Assembly: GCA_963706325.1 (NCBI GenBank)
Contig: CAVPLT010000005.1
Coordinates: 64,001-128,000, forward strand
Length of the DNA: 64,000 nucleotides
Source of the DNA: an uncultured Nitrospiraceae bacterium
GTDB lineage: Bacteria; Nitrospirota; Nitrospiria; Nitrospirales; Nitrospiraceae
Direction of reading: 5' to 3'
This document shows, piece after piece, positions 56,476 to 64,000 of the stretch. A program made the position numbers and the translations under genes. The notes beneath the pieces were generated by a model. That model searched no databases. It was not told where the DNA came from and saw only the letters and a program-made list of their open reading frames with translations. Numbering within the stretch: the stretch's first letter is position 1; every line of letters starts with the position of its first letter.

Positions 56476-57573
56476 ATGAAGTGCTGCCCGATCCTCGGTA
56501 TCCAAAGTGTATCCAGCGTCACCTCTGGTAGGGACGCATTCACACGGAAAGGACTCCGCGTTGCGCTGATAAGTGGTCTTTTCATTGCGCTACTGTTCGT
56601 GGCTGGATGTGTGAGTGATGGGGGTACCTTTGTTCCTGTTGTGGTCAAGCGCACGCAGATACATATGGGAACCCTAGTGGCTATTACGGCGGTCGCGACA
56701 AGTCGGCAATCGGCACAAGAGGCAACGTCGGTAGGGTTTCAGGAGGTTCGTCGTTTAGAAGGGTTGCTCAGCACTTGGATCGCGACCAGCGAACTCTCGC
56801 ATGTCAACGAGGCGGCTGGCCTCAAGCCCATCCCAATCAGTCCGGATACGATGCGTATTCTGGAAGAGGCTATCGAGATGGGACGGTTGACGGAAGGCGG
56901 CTTCAATATTCTCATAGGTCCAGCAGTCGAAGCCTGGAGCGTTTTGGACCGACAAGAGATTCCATCGGAGCTGGCGTTACAAGCGGTTCACTCCCTCATG
57001 GATCTGAGATCGCTTCATCTTAACACCTCACAGGGAACCGTCTATCTGACCAAGGCTGGCATGCGAGTTGATGTTGGCGGTATCGGTAAGGGATATGCCG
57101 CGGATATGGCTGTTGCAGCGATGAAGAAGGCTGGCGCAACTGCGGGAGTCGTCGCGTTATCAGGTGATATCAAGACTTTCGGCAGACTGCCCGACGGAGC
57201 CATGTTCCCGTTCGGCATTCGACATCCGCGACGGGAAGGAGCGGTGTTGGCGTTTGTCGACCTGCAGGACGAGGCAATCTCAACAGCGGGAGACTATGAA
57301 CGGTATTTTGAACGAGATGGGGTGCGATACCATCACATTCTTGACCCGGTCACTCTGCAGCCTGCTCGGGACTGCCAAAGCGTCACGATCGTCGCTCGCG
57401 ACGGAATCACGGCCGATGGATTGGATACCGGGGTCTTTGTGATGGGGCGAGAGCGAGGCCTGGCGCTGATTGAACGGTTGCCGGGAGTTGGCGCGGTCAT
57501 TGTAGATCGTGATGGTAAGGTTTGGATATCTTCCTATCTGAAGGGAAGGGTCAGAATCGTTCGAAGCGATTAA
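56476..57573 (+). CDS. apbE: FAD:protein FMN transferase lipoprotein
   Basis: Lipobox VAGC, MGT, GGIGKGYA, STAGDYERYF, HHILDP, ADGLDT; exact start uncertain. Confidence 0.93.
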   Translation: MKCCPILGIQSVSSVTSGRDAFTRKGLRVALISGLFIALLFVAGCVSDGGTFVPVVVKRTQIHMGTLVAITAVATSRQSAQEATSVGFQEVRRLEGLLSTWIATSELSHVNEAAGLKPIPISPDTMRILEEAIEMGRLTEGGFNILIGPAVEAWSVLDRQEIPSELALQAVHSLMDLRSLHLNTSQGTVYLTKAGMRVDVGGIGKGYAADMAVAAMKKAGATAGVVALSGDIKTFGRLPDGAMFPFGIRHPRREGAVLAFVDLQDEAISTAGDYERYFERDGVRYHHILDPVTLQPARDCQSVTIVARDGITADGLDTGVFVMGRERGLALIERLPGVGAVIVDRDGKVWISSYLKGRVRIVRSD

Positions 57574-57659
57574 TTTGAAAGCCGCCTTTACCGCTAGCCC
57601 TCTGTCCATCGGGTTGAAGTCGTTCTGTCACCGAAGTTCTGACCGACCGAGGGATCACT

Positions 57660-57844
57660 GAGAAGCATGATGGCGCTGGCGATGTTTTACTTTCTGCTAA
57701 AACAGGGTTGAAGGCGGTGCCAGGCTGATTTTGTCTCCCATAGAACGGTCAGCACGATAACGCTGGCATGTAGGCACAGTGGACGATCCACGAACTGCAC
57801 GGATGGACCACCATCGCCGGGTACACCGGGATGATGGCAGTCAC
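57660..57844 (-). pseudogene. Degenerate 5' fragment of a probable tonB
   Basis: GTG overlaps exbD stop; reads ...SSWIV / LCLHASVIVLTVL / KISLAPPSTLF* across frameshifts; one added T restores the SxxxH anchor. Confidence 0.5.
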
Positions 57845-58215
57845 AACCGAACCACCTCCAGGCTCACTGACTGAAATCCCAATCCCCGTATCTCATCTAC
57901 CACCGCGACAAATCGCTCCAATACAGTAACTTTGTCGGCTCGTACGACGACGAGGGACTCGCGCGGGTGCGCGAGGAGGACGGTCTTGAGTCCATCCGGC
58001 GGAATCGGCCGATCGTTTAAAAAAAGTTCGCCATTTGCTGTCAGCGTGACCACCACGGGCACATCCTTGCGATCTCCTGCCTCCTTCGCTTTCGCGAGAT
58101 TCACCGGGATCTGACCCGTGCTGATAAAGGTTGCCGTCGTCAGCACAATGACGAGCAACACCAGCATGACGTCCACCAACGGGATCACATTTATCTGATT
58201 GACCTCACGTTCCAT
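57841..58215 (-). CDS. exbD: Biopolymer transport protein ExbD
   Basis: INVIPLVDVMLVLL, V.L..A, RAD. Confidence 0.92.
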   Translation of the reverse strand: MEREVNQINVIPLVDVMLVLLVIVLTTATFISTGQIPVNLAKAKEAGDRKDVPVVVTLTANGELFLNDRPIPPDGLKTVLLAHPRESLVVVRADKVTVLERFVAVVDEIRGLGFQSVSLEVVRL

Positions 58216-58630
58216 GTTGGGTCCTGTACATAGTCAGAAGTTCTGCCACGCGGCGGCGTAACACGTTGTTCATCACGACACAGGGAATAGCGACCAGCAG
58301 GCCGACGGCAGTTGCTTTCAACGCGAGGCTCAAGCCGATCATGATGGTATTGACGGCCATTGTGCCTGATGTGCCCATGGTGTGGAATGTCATCATAATT
58401 CCCAGAACGGTGCCCAGTAATCCGATATAGGGGGCATTGGCGGCAACCGTACCGATGATGACGAGCCTTTTTGTCAGCGCCATTTCAAAGGTCTGCGCAT
58501 CAGAAAATTGGGATAAATCCACGCGTCGATAATACAGCCACCGCTCGACGGCGACCGCCACTGACCACACACTCAACGCAATCAGTAGGCCGATGATTCC
58601 ATATTCCACTGCATTTTTCAGCACGTCCAT
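58205..58630 (-). CDS. exbB: Biopolymer transport protein ExbB (short form)
   Basis: APYIGLLGTV.GI, AL.ATA.GL.VAIP. Confidence 0.92.
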   Translation of the reverse strand: MDVLKNAVEYGIIGLLIALSVWSVAVAVERWLYYRRVDLSQFSDAQTFEMALTKRLVIIGTVAANAPYIGLLGTVLGIMMTFHTMGTSGTMAVNTIMIGLSLALKATAVGLLVAIPCVVMNNVLRRRVAELLTMYRTQHGT

Positions 58631-58708
58631 TCGCGGATCCTCCACCTCTCAATGTTGCCGGAATTTCTGTGGGTCTAGCTATGCCTGCTTAAGATTAAGC
58701 TGAACCAT

Positions 58709-59878
58709 TTAGGGCGCAAAAGTGCATGCAGCCGTCGACGGATCCGCATGTGATCCGGATGGCTGTGGGAACAGCACGGTATGTGATGCCACCACTCGCA
58801 GAGCAATCGCCGTTCCCACTTCATACAGGCTCAATGACGATTCGCTGCTGTGGACGATGTGTCCTGATCGGAGTTGGATGGTGTACAAATTCTCGGACCC
58901 TTTGAATTGTCTGCCCAGGATGTGCGCATTGGCCCCCTTCGTCGGCACCATATGAATATCGTCCGGGCGAATCATGACAACCACGTTGGTGCCTGTGGAG
59001 AATTTCTTGGTATTGGGAAATTCACCGATATCGGTGGTGACCAGGTTCTTCGTGACGATACCCGGAATAAAATCCGCTTGCCCGACGAAGTCGGCGACGA
59101 ATGGAGTCGTCGGCAGGTGATAAATCACCTCGGGTGTGTCGACTTGTTCCAGCCGTCCACGGTGCAAAACGGCCACCCGATCCGCCATGGCAAATGCTTC
59201 GTCATGGTCATGAGTGACGAGAATTGCAGTCGTTTTGGTTTGCCGAAGGAGGGCATGGAGGTCTTGCCGCATGCGACTGGCCATGTCGGGATCGAGATTG
59301 CTGAACGGTTCGTCCAGCAGCAGCAATACTGGCCGCAGAGCTAGCGCGCGCGCCAATGCGACGCGCTGCTGTTGGCCGCCGGACAGCTCGTGTGGATACC
59401 GATGTTCGAGCCCGCGTAACCCCGTCAGCGAAAGGAGTTCATCGACGACAGCCTTCTGTTGAGATCGTGAAAGATGACTGAGGCCAAAGACAATATTTTT
59501 CTCAACACGCAGATGGGGAAAGAGCGCGTATTCCTGAAACACCATACCGATGTGCCGCTGTTCGGTCGGAACCATCATGTCCCTCGAAGAGACGAGCTGC
59601 CCCGAGAGGGCGATGGTGCCGGAAATGACCCGCTCAAAGCCAGCGATTGCGCGCAGGATGGTGGTTTTGCCGCATCCGGAAGGGCCTAACAGGCTTAGGA
59701 TCTCTCCCTGGTGGACCGCCAGGGTAATGTGTTCGACAGCAGGCCGGGTTGGCTCGTACGCGCAAGAGATATCTTGTAGTTCGAGGACGGGTGAACGGGA
59801 GGGAGTCAGATCTTCCTGCACAGGGCTGGCAGTGTAATCCGGTCGCTTCTCGGGATCCAATTCGGTTACACCATTCAT
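58709..59878 (-). CDS. Fe(III) ABC transporter ATP-binding protein (FbpC-like)
   Basis: GPSGCGKT, LSGGQQQR, LLLDEP, TOBE-like tail. Confidence 0.9.
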   Translation of the reverse strand: MNGVTELDPEKRPDYTASPVQEDLTPSRSPVLELQDISCAYEPTRPAVEHITLAVHQGEILSLLGPSGCGKTTILRAIAGFERVISGTIALSGQLVSSRDMMVPTEQRHIGMVFQEYALFPHLRVEKNIVFGLSHLSRSQQKAVVDELLSLTGLRGLEHRYPHELSGGQQQRVALARALALRPVLLLLDEPFSNLDPDMASRMRQDLHALLRQTKTTAILVTHDHDEAFAMADRVAVLHRGRLEQVDTPEVIYHLPTTPFVADFVGQADFIPGIVTKNLVTTDIGEFPNTKKFSTGTNVVVMIRPDDIHMVPTKGANAHILGRQFKGSENLYTIQLRSGHIVHSSESSLSLYEVGTAIALRVVASHTVLFPQPSGSHADPSTAACTFAP

Positions 59879-61479
59879 GTGACGACCGCCTGGTGACGGC
59901 CGCGCCAATCCTTTGCGACCAGCAGTAGCAGAGCCGGCACACTCAGCAACACTATCAGCAGGGCGGAAGGCGCCGCCAGCTGATAATACTCCTCACTGGC
60001 TTCAAGCCAGACGCGAATGGCCAGTGTATCAAACCCGACCGGACGTAACAGTAAGGTGGCGGGAAGTTCCTTCATGGTCTGTAAAAACATTAGGACCCAG
60101 GCCGTGACACAGCCATTTTGAATAAGCGGGAGGGTGACGCGCCACAGCGTCTGCCGAGTGGTGCACCCTAAGGTTCGCGCGACTTCTTCCACATTGGGCG
60201 TCACCTGTTGCAAGGCCGGTTCCAGGGATTGCAGCCCGACGGGGATGAAATGCAGAATGTAAGCGACGAGTAACACAATCACCGAGCCGTACAGAGCTGG
60301 TGCAAAACGGGTGAAGAGCACCAGGACGGCGAGGGCGATGACGGGGCCGGGGAGGGCGTATCCTGCATAGGCCGCTTGGAGACAGGCGAGGTTGAGTCGT
60401 GAAGGTCGGCGGCTGGCCAGGTAGGCTAATGGGAGACCAATCAGGACGGCACCTCCGGCTGCCAAAGCGGATAACATGCTGCTATTCCAGACAAAGCCAA
60501 AAAATCGTGCATCGACCGCTCCTTGGGAAACGGCTGCGACGCTCCATTGAATCAGCATGAGGGCTGGAATTCCAAAGGAGGCTCCAAAGACCACCAGCAC
60601 ATAGAGCGTAATGAGGACGGTGCCCATGATACCTTCGCGACGTCGAGTCGACGTGCGATACCGGCCGGATGTTTGATAGAAGCGGCTGCGTTGGCGAAAC
60701 CATCGTTCCGTCACGAGGAAGACTATGGCCATCACCACGAGCAGCAGGCTGAGGATGCTGGCGGCGCTCTGGTCGTAGCGGCCGGTCATCTGCTGATAGA
60801 CCGCATAGGTGAGCGTTTGATAGCGAAGCAGGGAAACGGCTCCAAAGTCCGAGACAACATATAAGATGACTAGGGCGAGCCCTGCGGCAATAGCGGGACG
60901 AATAAGCGGCAGGGTAACTCGCCAGAGTACACTCCAACCTGACACGCCGCAGGCGCGTGCCACCTCCTCAAACGAGATGTTGAGATTGAGGAGCGCACTT
61001 CGAGCGAGCAGGTAAACGAAAGGAAAGGTATCGAGGGCCATGATCAGGGTCACGCCAAGGAAGCTTTGGGGAGAGAGGAGTCTCGCATCCTGACCCACGA
61101 GCGACTGCCACCACTGCTCTGCAGGACCCCCCATCCCGAGCAGATGGGCATAGACGTAGGCCAGCACGTAGGTCGGCATGGCAAGGGGGAGGACGATGGC
61201 CCATTCCCAGATTCGACGGCCGGGGAATTCATAACGGACCATGATCCAAGCCAAGGATACGCCAAGCACGAGAGTGGTGACGGCCACGCTTGTGGCAAGG
61301 GATAGGGTGTTCAACAGCAGCTCAGGAATACGGGTTGTCCACAGGCGGTTCCAGACGGCTGGGGAGGCGGTCAGTGCCACGTACATGATATAGCATGTAG
61401 GCAACACCAGGCATGCCGCAGTGATCAGGCTTACCCACTGCAGCGGGGACGGTGCGTTGAACCTCGTGGCAGTGAGCAT
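59875..61479 (-). CDS. Fe(III) ABC transporter permease (FbpB-like)
   Basis: Duplicated permease with two EEVAR..G loops; PLAMPTYV, DFG, KELPAT. Confidence 0.9.
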   Translation of the reverse strand: MLTATRFNAPSPLQWVSLITAACLVLPTCYIMYVALTASPAVWNRLWTTRIPELLLNTLSLATSVAVTTLVLGVSLAWIMVRYEFPGRRIWEWAIVLPLAMPTYVLAYVYAHLLGMGGPAEQWWQSLVGQDARLLSPQSFLGVTLIMALDTFPFVYLLARSALLNLNISFEEVARACGVSGWSVLWRVTLPLIRPAIAAGLALVILYVVSDFGAVSLLRYQTLTYAVYQQMTGRYDQSAASILSLLLVVMAIVFLVTERWFRQRSRFYQTSGRYRTSTRRREGIMGTVLITLYVLVVFGASFGIPALMLIQWSVAAVSQGAVDARFFGFVWNSSMLSALAAGGAVLIGLPLAYLASRRPSRLNLACLQAAYAGYALPGPVIALAVLVLFTRFAPALYGSVIVLLVAYILHFIPVGLQSLEPALQQVTPNVEEVARTLGCTTRQTLWRVTLPLIQNGCVTAWVLMFLQTMKELPATLLLRPVGFDTLAIRVWLEASEEYYQLAAPSALLIVLLSVPALLLLVAKDWRGRHQAVVT

Positions 61480-61492
61480 AATAATGACAGGT

Positions 61493-62524
61493 TCAGCGGA
61501 GGCCAACCTGCTCGATCAGAGCGAGGGTCGGCTCGCGCAATTCGGCAAGTCGGGCCAGTGGAACGAGTGCAGCACGAAAGGCATGCCGATCGACGAGGGC
61601 TGGGTCGGCCTTCACATCCGGATGCAGAGGATATTCTTTATCAAGGTCAGCGAACAATTTCTGGCCTGCCTGGGCGACCAGGAACTCAATGAGAAGCTTG
61701 GCATTGTCGACGTGTTTCGACGCGCGTGTCACCCCGATACCGGACACATTCATAATCGCGCCCATGCCGCCCTCCTGCTGATCGGGCATTAAGGCTGCGA
61801 TCGGTGCTGTGGGCTGCGCTGCGAAATGGCGGTAAATATAATAATGGTTCACGATTCCTGCCGCGACTTGTCCTTTCGCCACGGCCTCCACGATTTGAGA
61901 ACTTTTCTGATACACCTGCGTACCCGCGTTGCCTTTGAGACCCTCGAGAAATTGTTTTGTCCGCTCGTCTCCGAGCGTTGCCTTGATGACCGACACGCCT
62001 GCTTGCAAATACTCGCTACCGGAGTTGGGAATGGCAATTTTGTTCTTCCATTCTGGTTGCGAAAGGTCGAGTAGTGACTTGATCTGATCCGGCTTCGCGA
62101 GGGTCGTGTTATAGACGACAATCCAGAATCGACCGGACAGGCCGATCCAGCTATTGTCGGAGGCTCGGAATTGCGAAGGAATGGCTCGTTCGACCTCCCG
62201 CATGTTCATGGGCCGCAGTAATTTGAGTTCTCGCGCGTGTTCCAGACTGCCCGCATCATTTGTCAGGAACACATCAGCGGGAGTATTGTCCCCTTCCGCT
62301 TGCAATCGGTTGACCAGTTCAGTTGTTCCGGACGACAGAAGCTCGATCTGAATGCCGCTTTTAGATTGGAATTGGTCCAGCACGGGTTTAATGAGCCGTT
62401 CTGCGCGTCCTGAGTACACGACGAGTTTGTCGGCAGCGAAGGTGTCAGCTGGAGTAAGTTGGAATATACCCAGCGCTCCCAGCAGAAAAGTCACAGCCCA
62501 CAACGGGCGTGAGGATGGAACCAT
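61493..62524 (-). CDS. Fe(III) ABC transporter substrate-binding protein (FutA/FbpA-like)
   Basis: Signal peptide, VYSGR, TPADV, VNHYY tandem Tyr ligands, EYP. Confidence 0.88.
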   Translation of the reverse strand: MVPSSRPLWAVTFLLGALGIFQLTPADTFAADKLVVYSGRAERLIKPVLDQFQSKSGIQIELLSSGTTELVNRLQAEGDNTPADVFLTNDAGSLEHARELKLLRPMNMREVERAIPSQFRASDNSWIGLSGRFWIVVYNTTLAKPDQIKSLLDLSQPEWKNKIAIPNSGSEYLQAGVSVIKATLGDERTKQFLEGLKGNAGTQVYQKSSQIVEAVAKGQVAAGIVNHYYIYRHFAAQPTAPIAALMPDQQEGGMGAIMNVSGIGVTRASKHVDNAKLLIEFLVAQAGQKLFADLDKEYPLHPDVKADPALVDRHAFRAALVPLARLAELREPTLALIEQVGLR

Positions 62525-62576
62525 GCGGCATGCCTCCAGTTCTTAGGACAGCCCGCTGGGCCGTCTTATTTGAAAT

Positions 62577-62591
62577 TGATAAGCTCTCTCA
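62577..62591. promoter_or_regulatory. Fur-box-like site upstream of Fe ABC operon
   Basis: TGATAAG-C-TCTCTCA 7-1-7 between fur and the binding-protein gene. Confidence 0.6.
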
Positions 62592-62619
62592 AGAGGATAC
62601 GGGATTGGAATGCAGTCCG

Positions 62620-63051
62620 TCAATGCCGACAGCGGGAACAAAGGCCGTAGAGTTCGAGTCGGTGGGTTTGAATCACAAAGCCGTTCTTCATTGCGACCTC
62701 TTCCTGCAATCGCTCAATCTCGCAATTCTCGAACTCCACAATAGTGCCACAGCCGGTACAGATGAGGTGGTCGTGATGGCCTTTATGGGCAATGTTATCG
62801 TATTGCGTTTGGGTGCCGAAGTGACGGGCTTGGGCAATTCCGGCTTCACAGAACAAGTTTAGCGTGCGGTAAATGGTAGCCAGCCCCAGGTGCGGGTCTT
62901 TTTTTGCGAGCTGATGATACATGGTTTCCGCAGTGACGTGTTCCTGGCGGAGAAAGGCGGTCAGGATCAGTTCTCGCTGGCGGGTTAATTTGAGTTGATG
63001 TTTCGCCAGGTGCTGGCGTAGCACATCCATTTCTTTGATGTTTTTGCTCAT
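62620..63051 (-). CDS. fur: Fur family transcriptional regulator
   Basis: T.QR, ATIYRTL, HHDHLICTGCG, LYGLCSRC; adjacent to iron genes. Confidence 0.9.
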   Translation of the reverse strand: MSKNIKEMDVLRQHLAKHQLKLTRQRELILTAFLRQEHVTAETMYHQLAKKDPHLGLATIYRTLNLFCEAGIAQARHFGTQTQYDNIAHKGHHDHLICTGCGTIVEFENCEIERLQEEVAMKNGFVIQTHRLELYGLCSRCRH

Positions 63052-63199
63052 GGCGTACGGAACCGGTGTAAGAGAGCCACATTAAAGACGAAAGTGCATC
63101 GGTGGGTCAAGGGGAGAGGCGAATAGGTGCGATGAGCGATTGACGAATAGAAATGCGCCTGTCTATAGTCCTACCCGGTTTCGAACTATCATAGGAGAT

Positions 63200-63769
63200 A
63201 TGCGCGTGCGAAAACCTCATGAGATGACAGTCGACAGGGCGCTGCTGCTGTATGTGTTATCGCAGGCCGAGCCCTATGGATTGCTGAGCGATGTGAAGCT
63301 CCAACAGCTCTGTTTTCTCTGCGAGCTCCAGATGTTTGGAAAGGGCGTCAAGGGGTTTCATTTCGAGTTTGTTCGGTTTGCTTATGGAGCATTCAGCCGG
63401 GATCTCGACAATGATCTGACGTCCCTTCGGCGCAAGGAGCGAATCGAAAACTTCAGCCCCTCAGACCAGGTTCGCGATAAAGTCATTCCACTGCTTCTGA
63501 AAGGGATAGAAGGAAATGATACCAATGAACAAGTGCGGGATCTCATGCAGGCGGTCATTACCACTTACGGACCGCAGGATGTCACGGCCATTACGCAATC
63601 CGTCGAATCGGTCGAGTTGAGTACGCCCCAACAGCCGGATTTTAAGATTCCGATTCGTGACATTGTTTTTCACACGACATTATTGGTTCCTGCCAGGATC
63701 GAAGTCGCCACAGAGTTTACTCTCCCGGCGAGTCAGGCAGCTAAGCTGAACCTTGCAATGGGGTATTGA
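63200..63769 (+). CDS. Hypothetical protein with Panacea/SocA (DUF4065)-like N-terminal motif
   Basis: AGGAG RBS; KLQQLCFL...FEF.RF.YGAFS.DL; TTGACG-N18-TATAGT promoter at 63140-63169. Confidence 0.6.
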   Translation: MRVRKPHEMTVDRALLLYVLSQAEPYGLLSDVKLQQLCFLCELQMFGKGVKGFHFEFVRFAYGAFSRDLDNDLTSLRRKERIENFSPSDQVRDKVIPLLLKGIEGNDTNEQVRDLMQAVITTYGPQDVTAITQSVESVELSTPQQPDFKIPIRDIVFHTTLLVPARIEVATEFTLPASQAAKLNLAMGY

Positions 63770-64000
63770 CCAGATTCTGAACCAGTTTTTGTCCGTCAGT
63801 CTCTCGAAGTGAAGTACTCCGCATTGGCAATGCTGTTCGTCACAGCTGCCGGCGTTCGGCATATCCAAGTTTTTATTATCATGCAAAGCGGACCTCACAT
63901 TGCAAAGTTCGCTGTCAATGTCCATGAGTTCGTTTTCATGGGACGTATCAGGCGGCTTGGCGGAGATCTTTAATCGCTGAAAAGACGCGAAACATGCGAG

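Noticed and set aside
63680..63925. 81-aa minus ORF as a toxin partner
   Set aside because: Convergent and overlapping, no RBS or toxin motif

Overview
Bacterial chromosomal window, most likely Nitrospira-like (inferred from gene content and protein style, not from a search). 1-50.4 kb is mostly core genes: a five-subunit 2-oxoacid:ferredoxin oxidoreductase operon (forDABGE order, rTCA type), rho-rpmE-prfA-prmC-murA-his cluster, dnaG-rpoD-tRNA(CAT), RNase P RNA, ilvBNC-psd-pssA, a Leu T-box riboswitch plus a MITE-like hairpin element before leuA, leuB-asd, a frameshifted queA, mreBCD-mrdA-rodA-rng and dprA-topA. A multiply frameshifted RNase HIII pseudogene lies at 22.3-22.9 kb. 50.5-63.1 kb is an iron-homeostasis region with several Fur-box-like sites: two complementary bacterioferritin subunits, Fur, an Fe(III) ABC transporter, exbBD plus a decayed tonB fragment, and ApbE. 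It also holds the best candidate for an undescribed system: a minus-strand operon encoding an unannotated 58-aa Com-like zinc finger, a porin-like protein, a lipoprotein, a periplasmic FMN-binding (SGAT) protein and a His-bearing membrane protein, possibly for flavin-dependent reductive iron uptake. No integrase, transposase, prophage or CRISPR array was seen. All calls come from reading motifs by eye; no database search was run.
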